Positions 41,139 to 50,873 of a DNA stretch of 64,000 bases are shown in pieces (within the stretch, counting starts at the first letter, position 1; each line of letters starts with the position of its first letter). Origin of the DNA: Promethearchaeota archaeon. Lineage in GTDB: Archaea > Asgardarchaeota > Lokiarchaeia > Sigyniarchaeales > SOKP01. The notes under the pieces are model-generated. The model was not told the origin of the DNA and ran no database searches. It was given only the letters and a program-made list of their open reading frames with translations. The stretch is taken from the NCBI GenBank assembly GCA_048939995.1, contig JBHLOY010000008.1:96001-160000 (forward strand), in the 5' to 3' direction. A program made the translations under genes and the position numbers.

Positions 41139-43082
41139 ATGTCTAATTCAGAATCTAAGGTACTCACTCAGGCAAGAAGACTTATCGAAGAGTGTAAACT
41201 CGATGAAGCCCTCACACTCTTGAATAGTTACGAGCAAGAGGAAGGGCTCAGCCATCATGATAGAGCTTCTTGCCATTTAGTTCAATGTCAAATTTTTTTT
41301 TGGCAAGGAAAGCTCAAAGAGCTTATTAAACGTACTGAACATATATATAGAGAAAGCGCAGAATGGGAAAGTAATCTCTTTATAATCGACAACTTACTTA
41401 TAATGACGCATGTACAAGTAAAGCTTTTTAGATTTGATATAGCTTTTAATTTGATTAAGCAAGGAGAAGAACTTATAAAGTCACTTCCACAAGAATTAAA
41501 AGAAGCCTGCAAGCAAAGGGAAGCTTATCTAGCTTTTATAAAAGGATATTATTACAACTTAACCAGAGATTTAGATACCGCAGATCTTGCACTGAAATAT
41601 TTGGAGCGCAGTTTAGTACTTCGAGAAGAATTGGGGATTCAGGCTGAAATTTCACAGTCTCTTGGTCAGATCGCATGGAATCTATTGATTTTTAAAGGTG
41701 AGATGGATCGTGCCTTAAAATATTCCGAGCGAAGTCTATCTCTTGCTAAAAAAAGTCGCAGAAAGTATTACGTCGCATCTAGTCTTCAGATTATGGCGCT
41801 TATTTATGCTTCTCTAGGGGAAATAGATCATTGTATAAGAATTAATGAGCAAAGTTTAGAATTTTTCAATGAACTTAGCAATAAATATGGTATGGCATTA
41901 GTTCTTAACAATTTAAGTTATGATTATAACTTGAAAGGAGATTCAGATCGTGCATTAGAATGTATAGAACAAGCTATAGAACTAAACCGTGGTTTGGGGG
42001 ATCTAAGTCAACTAACTAATAACCACGACTTTTTAATTGAAATATTAATAGATAGGGGAGATCTTGAGCGAGCACAGCAAAACCTTAACAACTTAGAGCA
42101 TTTGACGCGTCAATTAAAAAATAAGCAATGGGACTTAATGTATCTTCTTGATAAGGCTTTATTATTGAAAACAAGTCTTAGAGCACGCGATCGAGGCAAG
42201 GCTGAAGAATTATTGATACAACTCCTTGAAAATGAGAATAAAACTCATGATCTTAGTTATAGAGTTTTAATTAATTTATGTGAATTGCTCCTAACTGAAT
42301 TACGAATAACTAATGATCTTAGTGTGTTGGATGAGTTAAATCAATTCCTTGGTCAACTGTTAGAACTTGCTGAAAAATCGCATTCGTACTGGATTATGGG
42401 AGAAACTTATCTTTTACAAGCTAAATTGGCATTAATAAAGTTGGACTTTAAAAAGGCAAGAAAATTACTGACCCAAGGACAGCAAATTGCTGAAAAGTTT
42501 GGACTAAACGTGTTAGCAATTAATATCTCAGATGAACACGATGAATTACTTATTCAATTAGAAAGATGGGAGATATTAAAAAAATCTAAAGCATCTTTAG
42601 CTGAACGTATGGAATTATCACATTTAGGTGAAGATATAAATCGAATGGTTAAAAAGCGTAGAATAGAGTTCAAAGAACCCGTTAATGAACTTCCAGTCGC
42701 AATTTTTATTATAGCGGAAAGTGGGTTGCCTGTTTTCACTCAATTGTTTGAAGTGGGATTATCTTTCGAAAATCATCTTCTTGGAGGATTCTTAACAGCT
42801 TTTAATGCATTTAGTGATGAATTTTTTTCTGAAGGCCTAGATCGTGCTACTTTTGGACAATATACCTTATTAATGAAGTCTATCACACCCTTCTCAATAT
42901 GTTATCTTTTTAAAGGGAAAACTTACTCTGCTAAAAAAAGAATAAATTTATTTATAGAAAGTCTAATTAAGGAACAACAAATTTGGCAAACATTTTGCGA
43001 ATTTTACAACGTAAATCGAGTAGTTCAATTAAAAGATCTTCCATTATTAAAAGTTCTGATAAAAAAAGTTTTTAAAGATTGA
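41139..43082 (+). CDS. TPR - longin-like protein, TIR-less paralog of 38476
   Basis: Shared blocks MYLLDKALLLKTS, NLCELLLT, GET.LLQAKLALI; PVAIFIIAESG...LLGGFLTAFNAFS. Confidence 0.85.
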   Translation: MSNSESKVLTQARRLIEECKLDEALTLLNSYEQEEGLSHHDRASCHLVQCQIFFWQGKLKELIKRTEHIYRESAEWESNLFIIDNLLIMTHVQVKLFRFDIAFNLIKQGEELIKSLPQELKEACKQREAYLAFIKGYYYNLTRDLDTADLALKYLERSLVLREELGIQAEISQSLGQIAWNLLIFKGEMDRALKYSERSLSLAKKSRRKYYVASSLQIMALIYASLGEIDHCIRINEQSLEFFNELSNKYGMALVLNNLSYDYNLKGDSDRALECIEQAIELNRGLGDLSQLTNNHDFLIEILIDRGDLERAQQNLNNLEHLTRQLKNKQWDLMYLLDKALLLKTSLRARDRGKAEELLIQLLENENKTHDLSYRVLINLCELLLTELRITNDLSVLDELNQFLGQLLELAEKSHSYWIMGETYLLQAKLALIKLDFKKARKLLTQGQQIAEKFGLNVLAINISDEHDELLIQLERWEILKKSKASLAERMELSHLGEDINRMVKKRRIEFKEPVNELPVAIFIIAESGLPVFTQLFEVGLSFENHLLGGFLTAFNAFSDEFFSEGLDRATFGQYTLLMKSITPFSICYLFKGKTYSAKKRINLFIESLIKEQQIWQTFCEFYNVNRVVQLKDLPLLKVLIKKVFKD

Positions 43083-43106
43083 AATTCGCATTTAAATAAA
43101 TATTTA

Positions 43107-43880
43107 TTATAAGAAAAGTAATATTGTCCTCCCAGTCCAATTAGTTAAATAATGACATATCACTGAAGGCCAGATATTTCTTGTTTTCATGAAAATAATT
43201 CCATAATTTATCCCATGGACAAATTGAAATGTAAAATTCCAAAAAAACCATATCAGATTTCCATCATTAACAAATCTAATTACATTACCAGGAATATGAA
43301 TTAACATGAAAAGAATACCTTGATATATAACCGCCTTTTTCTGTCCTAATGCTCTTTCTAATTTTGATTGTAGGATGGCCCTAAAAAAAAATTCTTCTAA
43401 AAATGCATTTGAATAAAAAAGAATTATTAAAACATACCAGTAAAATTCACTCTGTTCCAATCGAAAAAAGCAGTAAATTCCAAGGAAGAGATAAGATATA
43501 ATACTAAATATCGCTATAGAGGGCGATTCTATCTTATTAGTTAATCCAAAATCTGCTTTATTCCATTTATTTACATAAATCACAAAAGCTAAAGGAATAA
43601 TTAGAATAAAGATAGTATTAAGAAGCACTCCAATATAGAACGAGTCCCCTATTAATTGTATGAAGATAGGGCTTAATAGGAAGATAGATACTGAAAAATA
43701 TAGAAATACTATTCCCCATAAAAAAATGATTTCTTTAATTTCCTTCTTAGGTTTTTCTGATAGTTGAAAAGGTATTGGGTATTTTCCAATGAATTTTACC
43801 AAGAAGAGTAAAATTACTATTAAGAAGATAAAAAAGAGGATATAACCAAATTCCCCAAAAAAGAAATCCCAAATGTCCAT
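43107..43880 (-). CDS. CPBP (Abi/CAAX) intramembrane metalloprotease
   Basis: EEFFFRA, FMLIH, HYLTN. Confidence 0.88.
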   Translation of the reverse strand: MDIWDFFFGEFGYILFFIFLIVILLFLVKFIGKYPIPFQLSEKPKKEIKEIIFLWGIVFLYFSVSIFLLSPIFIQLIGDSFYIGVLLNTIFILIIPLAFVIYVNKWNKADFGLTNKIESPSIAIFSIISYLFLGIYCFFRLEQSEFYWYVLIILFYSNAFLEEFFFRAILQSKLERALGQKKAVIYQGILFMLIHIPGNVIRFVNDGNLIWFFWNFTFQFVHGINYGIIFMKTRNIWPSVICHYLTNWTGRTILLFL

Positions 43881-44048
43881 TATAATACTTTTTACTTTAT
43901 AATGATTAGCTATGAATTTCTTTGTAAACTTAAAAATTTTTATGATAAGGATTTATTATGTCTACTTATTTTATATAGGAAATATGCCCAATTCCATATT
44001 TTAAATACTAAATGAAAAATTTAAAAAAAAAAAAATTTCTTATATAAT

Positions 44049-44453
44049 TTATTGCCATACTGCTAGTATTACTCCAGCAACCAGTAGTGCTACTAAGTAA
44101 GCACCATATTCTATTAAAAATAATTTAACTCCCCTGTCATTAAAGATGTTCTGGTTTACTGCCACCATTGCTATAAATGCGATCCATATGAGTAAGCTGA
44201 GCAAAAGAGCTGATGGTATATCATTCATCCCAGTTAAATCCATTAGAATTTCAAGTATCAGTACCGAAACAAAACTAGTAAATATCATTATAATGGTTTC
44301 TCTGATTATCTTTGATTTTTCTACACCTTCTTTTCCTACTAATTTAAGCCATGTATTTCCAAAAATATTAGGGTAGTACCAGAAAAATATTATAAAGCAA
44401 TATATTACTGCTACAACGATCACACCTAACCAATTAATATCTATTGCCATCAT
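44049..44453 (-). CDS. DUF1761-like membrane protein
   Basis: INWLGVIV, WYYPNIFGNTW, LFLIEYG. Confidence 0.75.
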   Translation of the reverse strand: MMAIDINWLGVIVVAVIYCFIIFFWYYPNIFGNTWLKLVGKEGVEKSKIIRETIIMIFTSFVSVLILEILMDLTGMNDIPSALLLSLLIWIAFIAMVAVNQNIFNDRGVKLFLIEYGAYLVALLVAGVILAVWQ

Positions 44454-44698
44454 TGCTCACTTTTTATATGTTTAAGAAAATATAATTCAAATTTATTTAG
44501 GATTATCACAAAACATTATTTATTTGTTTTTTGTATAAAATATAAATCGCGAAGATATACCCTATTTTGATGTAAAAACAATTTCATTTAAAAATTATTA
44601 TTCTGTTTTTCAAGATAAAACTTATAAAAACTTTGAGAAATCATTAAATAATAAAAAGGATATTCTAGATTCAAATTTTTTATAAAAGGAGTGATATT

Positions 44699-44875
44699 AT
44701 GAAAAAAGTAAAATTACCCGAGAAATGTGAACATTGTAATGCCGAGTTAGTTTGCTGTGAGGATAGTACCTCCCATACTAAGGATTCTCGCATTATTGAA
44801 GCACGGAAATGTCCTGAATGCGAGAGAGTGTATTATATGGGCTACACCGATTATAATACATGGATCTCCCGATAA
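44699..44875 (+). CDS. 58-aa zinc-ribbon microprotein, absent from the ORF track
   Basis: MKKVKLPEKCEHCNAELVCCEDSTSHTKDSRIIEARKCPECERVYYMGYTDYNTWISR; AGGAGTGA SD; two CxxC. Confidence 0.8.
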   Translation: MKKVKLPEKCEHCNAELVCCEDSTSHTKDSRIIEARKCPECERVYYMGYTDYNTWISR

Positions 44876-44896
44876 AACTTCGAATGCTTTTAGTAA

Positions 44897-45247
44897 TTAT
44901 AACCAAGATATAATTTTCGAATTGGCAACCAATAGATCAACAAGATTTGCATACTCGATTTTTGCAATTTTATCCAAAATGAAATTTGGATTAATTCCAC
45001 GAGCTTTAAGATCGGGTTGAAGAATATAAAAAGAAATAGGTAAATTAATAAGATCTAATAAATGTTTACTCATTTTAGACTTTTTGGTAAGTCCGATAAC
45101 CGCGTCATGCATAAATACGAATGTGATATTTACTCCTAATTCTTTTTGTTCTTTTATGATATTTATCATTTTCTTTAATGGTCTGTAATTGTTTAAACTA
45201 TAGCCAAAAAGATAAATAATGTTTTTAGACTTTTCCAATTTCGCCAC
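44897..45247 (-). CDS. dsrH: DsrH/TusB-like protein (copy 2)
   Basis: FMHDAV, DLKARGI, IISW; paralog of 28148. Confidence 0.87.
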   Translation of the reverse strand: MAKLEKSKNIIYLFGYSLNNYRPLKKMINIIKEQKELGVNITFVFMHDAVIGLTKKSKMSKHLLDLINLPISFYILQPDLKARGINPNFILDKIAKIEYANLVDLLVANSKIISWL

Positions 45248-45253
45248 CTCCTC

Positions 45254-45619
45254 CTAATATTTAAAACAAAAATCATTATCTAACAATAATTTAGAAATCG
45301 TCTTATAATCTATAATTTTTAAATGTTCATAAGGAATTAAGTCATTTTTATCAAGATCTAATGCTATAAGATCTTCAAGTGCAACAAGAATATGAAGTTC
45401 CGATAATTCGATTAACCTAATCATATCATCAAGCGAATCCATATTCAAATCCGAAGGGTTTACATTTTTATTAAGAAATAAAATCGCATCTCCTAAAAAT
45501 AGCACTTGGCAAGTCTCAATATCTCCCATACTTAAAATTCCAGCAGCTAGTCTTATTGACTCAACCGCAGAATTTTTTCCAAAGGGAGAATCTTCACAAA
45601 TTATCAAAATAGAAGTAAT
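45254..45619 (-). CDS. dsrF: DsrF/TusC-like protein (copy 2), probable ATT start
   Basis: SPFGKNSAVESIRL, FLGDA; ATT just after GAGGA gives (M)TSILIIC, matching copy 1 MIKSVVIVS. Confidence 0.82.
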   Translation of the reverse strand: MTSILIICEDSPFGKNSAVESIRLAAGILSMGDIETCQVLFLGDAILFLNKNVNPSDLNMDSLDDMIRLIELSELHILVALEDLIALDLDKNDLIPYEHLKIIDYKTISKLLLDNDFCFKY

Positions 45620-45625
45620 GTATCC

Positions 45626-45994
45626 TCACCTCCCTGGTCCAAAAAATACAACTCGATCAGATTTACCGATTAGTTCTGAAAGTCCACCTAATCCATCCAA
45701 ACATGCTCTTTTGATAAAATCTGATTCCTTTAATCCAGTTATACTTATCCAGGTACTACAAGCAGCTATATCGGCATTACTTTTCTCAATAAATTTTTGA
45801 AGTCTTTTTGGTAAATCTCGAATCGAACTAAATAGTTTTCTATCTTTCTTAATGTTATATACTCCACTACCAAGGAAGAAAATGCCTGCTACTTGATGCC
45901 CTTTTTTAATAATAGCTTCTCCTAGATTAATTGCAGTATCTATTGCTTGATATTTATATGGTTCAGCGGTAATAACAAAAGAAAATTTTAGCAT
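45626..45994 (-). CDS. dsrE: DsrE/TusD-like sulfurtransferase (copy 2)
   Basis: EPYK, IFFLGSGVYN, AACSTW, GLGGL. Confidence 0.85.
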   Translation of the reverse strand: MLKFSFVITAEPYKYQAIDTAINLGEAIIKKGHQVAGIFFLGSGVYNIKKDRKLFSSIRDLPKRLQKFIEKSNADIAACSTWISITGLKESDFIKRACLDGLGGLSELIGKSDRVVFFGPGR

Positions 45995-46038
45995 ATTATT
46001 AAAAATACTTTAATCAATATTTTTAATTTATCATTTTC

Positions 46039-46986
46039 TTATCCAGAGTAGTGTTCTTTTTCTGGATGAATCATATTGGTGAATTGAAAATCAAAAATAT
46101 CTTTAATGCTGAGTTGCTTATTTACATAACCTAGATTATGAAGAATCTGTATAAATCTCATTGTAGACCCTATATACTCTTCAGAAAGTGCAACGCAATA
46201 TTTTGGTGAGATTTTAAGTACAGACAAAACATATTTTGTATTAATAAATCCAAATGATTTTGAAATTATTTTAGCTGCTTTCTTTTTCTTATTTCTCAAC
46301 ATATATGAAGCTTTCTTGTGCTGTTCTAAAAAGGTTTTTCCTATATTATGATGATCTTTAATTAAGTTTTCATGAAAGAATATCCCATAGCTTGGATTAT
46401 AAGACCATAATTCAAATGGGGGGATTATAATATGAGCGTTTAGTATAGTTGAAGCAAAAACACTTAACGAAGGAGTTCCAACACCTGCTTCTAACAAATT
46501 CCTTTTCATATCAACAGCAATGAATTCTGCCTGTTCATAATTAACTATTGTTATATCATTCTGTAAATCATGTTGTTTAAGATAATATCTAATTATTACA
46601 TCATGAATAGAACCTTTACTTGGAACACCGACAGCTTTTCCTTTGAATTGAGAGAGTACCATATTCATATCACCATTTGATTCTTCCATTTTTTTGTATC
46701 TCATTTTAGCAATCATTATTGTGCCTTCTACATGACCTCCAGCAACGCATTTAATAGGAACTCCAGAATCGATTCCAATAATAGCAGGAGGGAGCCCCAT
46801 ATATCCAATATCTAACCTACCTTCTCTAAAAGCTTTAACCATTGATGGTCCAGTTCCAAATAAAAACCAATCTATATCGCTTTTAATGTGTTTCTGAAAA
46901 TCTTTTCTTTCCTTTAAAATGAAAGCTGTATGATAAGCAGTGGATAAATAACCAATATTAACCTTATTTTTTTTGATATAAATCAC
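46039..46986 (-). CDS. SsuA/NrtA/THI5-fold substrate-binding-like protein without signal peptide
   Basis: IGYL, GPSMVKAF..G.LDIGYMG, GVPSKGSIHD; no N-terminal hydrophobic segment. Confidence 0.8.
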   Translation of the reverse strand: MIYIKKNKVNIGYLSTAYHTAFILKERKDFQKHIKSDIDWFLFGTGPSMVKAFREGRLDIGYMGLPPAIIGIDSGVPIKCVAGGHVEGTIMIAKMRYKKMEESNGDMNMVLSQFKGKAVGVPSKGSIHDVIIRYYLKQHDLQNDITIVNYEQAEFIAVDMKRNLLEAGVGTPSLSVFASTILNAHIIIPPFELWSYNPSYGIFFHENLIKDHHNIGKTFLEQHKKASYMLRNKKKKAAKIISKSFGFINTKYVLSVLKISPKYCVALSEEYIGSTMRFIQILHNLGYVNKQLSIKDIFDFQFTNMIHPEKEHYSG

Positions 46987-47079
46987 TATTCAATTTTATT
47001 AAAAATTAGAAAATTATGAACTATTATTTAAAATTATAAAGGAAATAATTAATTCTTAAAAGTTATTTTTTAAATATAA

Positions 47080-47391
47080 GTGAATGATATTAAAAAAGAT
47101 TATATGATCCAAATTAGAGTTTGTTTTTTCTCAGTAATAAGCGATTTTACTAATAAGGATGAAATCACATTATCTACTGATGAAAAATCTACTATTAAAG
47201 ATGTCATAGATAAAATAACTCTAAATTTTGGAAGAAAGTTCGGAGAACTTGTATTAAAAACTCCGAATGAGATCAATGATTATATAATCGTTGCAAAGAA
47301 TGGAAAAGATGTCCGTTCCTTAAATAATTTAAAAACATTTTTACAGAATGGTGATGAAATCTCATTTTTACCTGCAATTGCGGGTGGATAG
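47080..47391 (+). CDS. MoaD/ThiS/SAMP ubiquitin-like sulfur carrier
   Basis: NG.D, LQNGDEISFLPAIAGG C-terminus. Confidence 0.92.
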   Translation: MNDIKKDYMIQIRVCFFSVISDFTNKDEITLSTDEKSTIKDVIDKITLNFGRKFGELVLKTPNEINDYIIVAKNGKDVRSLNNLKTFLQNGDEISFLPAIAGG

Positions 47392-47414
47392 AAACAAGGA
47401 ACGAGGAGAGTTTA

Positions 47415-47681
47415 TTAAATTCTTTTAAGTCTAAGCATCCATTCCTTAGGTTTTGAATTAATTGATTTTCCTTTTAAAAGTATTGCTAATTTTTGGCGTT
47501 TACAGCTATCAGGTATATTTTTAAGAGCGGGTTCAAAATCTAATATTACTTCCAAAATTTCATCCTTATTAAGCTTCTCAAGCTCTACTTTTGTATATAC
47601 GAAAGTCATCGGACAAACTTTTCCTCTTATATCCAAAGAATGAACCTTCGTATCTTTTACTTCTTTACTTTTTACCGGCAG
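47415..47681 (-). CDS. tusA: TusA-family sulfur carrier (copy 3); start probably upstream of the track TTG (CTG 47681)
   Basis: LDIRGKVCPMT, EILEVILD; frame open to a CTG overlapping the E1 gene end. Confidence 0.85.
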   Translation of the reverse strand: MPVKSKEVKDTKVHSLDIRGKVCPMTFVYTKVELEKLNKDEILEVILDFEPALKNIPDSCKRQKLAILLKGKSINSKPKEWMLRLKRI

Positions 47682-48478
47682 AATTCTTCACTCCAATAAT
47701 CTACAATTTCTTCAAATTTTTTTGGACTTTCACCACAAGATTTACAATTTTCATTTCGCTGAACTTCAATAAAGCTAAAATTATTTCTAAGAATATCAAT
47801 AAACAGAATCTTATTTGTTATCAAATCTCCAATGTTTAATAGGGCTTTTATTGCTTCATTAGCTTCTATGCAACCAAAAATTCCGGGTGCTAATCCAATA
47901 ACACCAGCTACAGAGCAGGTCATATTTGGGTCCATCCCATCAACATTATCAAAAATACATTTATAACATGTAGTTTTCTTTTCAGGTACAACTGTCATTA
48001 TTTGACCATGAAATCTTAAAACTCCTGCTATTGTGAAAGGAATTTTTAAATGTACACAGGTATCATTAATTAACATCTTTGTTGGGAAATTATCTGAACC
48101 TTCTATAACAAAATCAGAATCCTTTAAAATTTTTCTTGAGTTTTTAGGGGTAATTCGCTCAGTAATAGTTTCTATTTTGCAATCTGGATTAATAGAATTT
48201 AACTTTTTAATAGCACTCTCTGTTTTATACTTATTTATATCTTCAGTATAATAAAGTATTTGGCGATGCAAATTAGAAATTTCCACAACATCATAATCAA
48301 TTAATTGTAAATTTCCTACTCCTGCAGCCGTTAAGTAGTAAGCTGCTGAGGATCCTAAAGCACCTAAACCAATTAATGACACTTTAGAATTTAATAACTT
48401 TTTTTGTCCGATACTCCCTATTTCACTTAAAATTATTTGACGAGAATATCTTTCAATTTGATCTTTAGTTAATTCCAT
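47672..48478 (-). CDS. moeB: HesA/MoeB/ThiF (E1-like) adenylyltransferase
   Basis: RYSRQI, IGLGALG, SNLHRQ, CYKC, TCSVAG, CKSC. Confidence 0.92.
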   Translation of the reverse strand: MELTKDQIERYSRQIILSEIGSIGQKKLLNSKVSLIGLGALGSSAAYYLTAAGVGNLQLIDYDVVEISNLHRQILYYTEDINKYKTESAIKKLNSINPDCKIETITERITPKNSRKILKDSDFVIEGSDNFPTKMLINDTCVHLKIPFTIAGVLRFHGQIMTVVPEKKTTCYKCIFDNVDGMDPNMTCSVAGVIGLAPGIFGCIEANEAIKALLNIGDLITNKILFIDILRNNFSFIEVQRNENCKSCGESPKKFEEIVDYWSEEFCR

Positions 48479-48655
48479 CTTTAAATCTATTTCAATATTA
48501 TAATTTAAAAAATATTTTGATTATAAAAAAAAACATATATTATCTTGAAGAAGAAAGCTCATTTCAAAAACTATAAAATTTTCTAACTTTTAATTAATTA
48601 AACGAAAAAAGATTAACGCATCGAAGATATTAGTATATTTTCTTAAAGGAAAAAA

Positions 48656-49879
48656 ATGAAAAGGAGTAAATATTTTGAACTTTTTGGGGATAAAAACTTT
48701 CTATTCCTTTGGATTGGAACGCTTGGGTTCGGTTTAGGCGGTGCTATATTTTCAATCAGCCTTAACTGGTGGGTTTTGATTGAGACTAATTCAGAAGTAC
48801 AGCTTGGCATTGTAAATACCTTAATTTTCTTGCCAATGTTAATACTTTGTTTCTTTTCAGGATTATTGACGGATATGTTCAATCGTTTAAACTTAATGGT
48901 ATTTTCGTTGATGCTCAGGGGAATTATCATACTAATCTTTCCAATACTCCAAATCCTTCGCATTATTGAACTATGGCATATTTATATTCTTTCATTTCTT
49001 CAAGGCATATCATTCCCCTTTTTTCTTAATTCAATAAATGCGATTATGCCAGAAATAATTAAGAGAGAGAATCTTTATCCGGCAAATGCTTTAATAGATT
49101 CAGCTATGTGGTTCTCAAATGTAGTAGGATACTTATCAGGAGGATTTTTAATTAATACGTTAGGATATATAAGTCTATTTACAATTTCAGCATACACCTT
49201 AATTATCGGAAGTTTGATGTTTTTCCCAATAAAATATACATATAGAAACAAGATAGAAAACATTTCTCTTCGAAGAATTCTCTCAGACATTAAAAAGGGT
49301 TTAGTAATAATGAAAAACGATTCAGTTTTGCTTATGTTAACAATAACCTGGACAATAATTATGATGTTGTTCTCTAATGGTCCAATATCAATAGGATTGC
49401 CAGTTTTTTCTGAAAGGATTTTGAATGCCGGTTCTGAAGGGTATGGTATATTGGTTACAGCAGTTTCAGCCAGTTCATTGATAGGAAGTCTTATGATTGG
49501 ACATTGGGGTTCTAAAATTAAGAAGGGAAGGCTTACTCTTATTGGGTATATTTGGGGTGCCATAGGGATTCTAATTTTTACCTTTACTACAAACATTGTT
49601 TTTTCGGCTTCAATTTTGTTTTTTTGGAGTTTTTATTTTCCTTTAATCAATATCCCATATTGGACTGCGATGCAAGAAAGAATACCACATGAAGAATTAG
49701 GAAAAATCACTGGTGTCTCCTTCACTTTAAATTCTGTTGTTGTTCCAATATCAACCATGATGACTGGATATGTTATGGAATTTATTTCAATCACCCTACC
49801 ATTTATTCTCTTTTCTACTTCATTTATCCTATGTTTCTTCATAATATATCTTCATAAAAAAAGTAGAAAACTTGTTTGA
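48656..49879 (+). CDS. MFS transporter (DHA3/macrolide-efflux-like)
   Basis: GLLTDMFNR motif A; about 12 TM. Confidence 0.88.
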   Translation: MKRSKYFELFGDKNFLFLWIGTLGFGLGGAIFSISLNWWVLIETNSEVQLGIVNTLIFLPMLILCFFSGLLTDMFNRLNLMVFSLMLRGIIILIFPILQILRIIELWHIYILSFLQGISFPFFLNSINAIMPEIIKRENLYPANALIDSAMWFSNVVGYLSGGFLINTLGYISLFTISAYTLIIGSLMFFPIKYTYRNKIENISLRRILSDIKKGLVIMKNDSVLLMLTITWTIIMMLFSNGPISIGLPVFSERILNAGSEGYGILVTAVSASSLIGSLMIGHWGSKIKKGRLTLIGYIWGAIGILIFTFTTNIVFSASILFFWSFYFPLINIPYWTAMQERIPHEELGKITGVSFTLNSVVVPISTMMTGYVMEFISITLPFILFSTSFILCFFIIYLHKKSRKLV

Positions 49880-49958
49880 TTCACAAATTTTATTTAATAA
49901 AGTGTTATTTTAATAAAATCTGTTTCTTTAATTTATTTAGAGCAAAAGATAGTGATCA

Positions 49959-50873
49959 TTGATGAGTAAAACTAACTTTTCTGAACATTTATTTCAATAT
50001 CGTTTAATAGAAAAGAGAAAGTTGGTATTATCCTTACTTATTACATCAACAGTTATGATTTTAGAAATTTTTGGAGGTATCATTACAAATAGTATTGCAT
50101 TATTAAGTGATGCGGGTCATATGTTTACCCATTCCTTTGCAATTGGTATAAGTTTATTAGCTATCATCATAGCAAGAAAACCTCCTTGTCACCATAAAAC
50201 ATTTGGGCTCTATCGAGCAGAAGTGTTAGCTGCATTCATTAATGGTCTTTTTCTTATTCCTATAGTAGGGATCATGGTTTATGAAGCAATTCTTAGATTT
50301 ATAAACCCCCAAGAAGTATTTGGATTTTATATGTTAATAATAGCTTTAATAGGTTTATCAGTTAATATTACAAGTGTTCTCATATTACGTGGTAGCCAAA
50401 GGAATAATCTGAATGTAAAAAGTGTATTTTATCATATGATTGCTGATGCAGCATCCTCTATAGGAATAGTAATTGCATCAATTATCATATCCTATACCGG
50501 ATTCAACTTTTTGGATCCGCTAGTAAGCTTGGGGATCTCTGTTATAATTTTATATTGGGCTTGGAGTGTTTTACGGGAATCAACAAGAATTTTATTAGAA
50601 ATGGCTCCAAAAGGAATGAATATTGATATTATTAGAGAAGAACTTAAGGAAAATTTTCAAGAGGTTATTGATCTTTATAATGCTCATTTATGGACTATTA
50701 CTCCAGATATGTTAGTTTTTTCCGCATATCTAAAAGTAGATGATAATATATTAAATAGTAATCAAGGAGATTTAGTTTCTAAGATTAACAATTATTTAAA
50801 TGAAAAGTACAATATTATTGAATCGACTTTACAACTAATATCTGTTAATAATCCCGAATATTGTAACATTTAG
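49959..50873 (+). CDS. CDF family Zn/Co/Cd transporter
   Basis: SIALLSDAGHM, TFGLYRAE, HMIAD, DP. Confidence 0.92.
   Translation: MMSKTNFSEHLFQYRLIEKRKLVLSLLITSTVMILEIFGGIITNSIALLSDAGHMFTHSFAIGISLLAIIIARKPPCHHKTFGLYRAEVLAAFINGLFLIPIVGIMVYEAILRFINPQEVFGFYMLIIALIGLSVNITSVLILRGSQRNNLNVKSVFYHMIADAASSIGIVIASIIISYTGFNFLDPLVSLGISVIILYWAWSVLRESTRILLEMAPKGMNIDIIREELKENFQEVIDLYNAHLWTITPDMLVFSAYLKVDDNILNSNQGDLVSKINNYLNEKYNIIESTLQLISVNNPEYCNI

Noticed and set aside
44757-45020. 87-aa ORF from the track
   Set aside because: Overlaps the better-supported zinc-ribbon ORF and is antisense to dsrH
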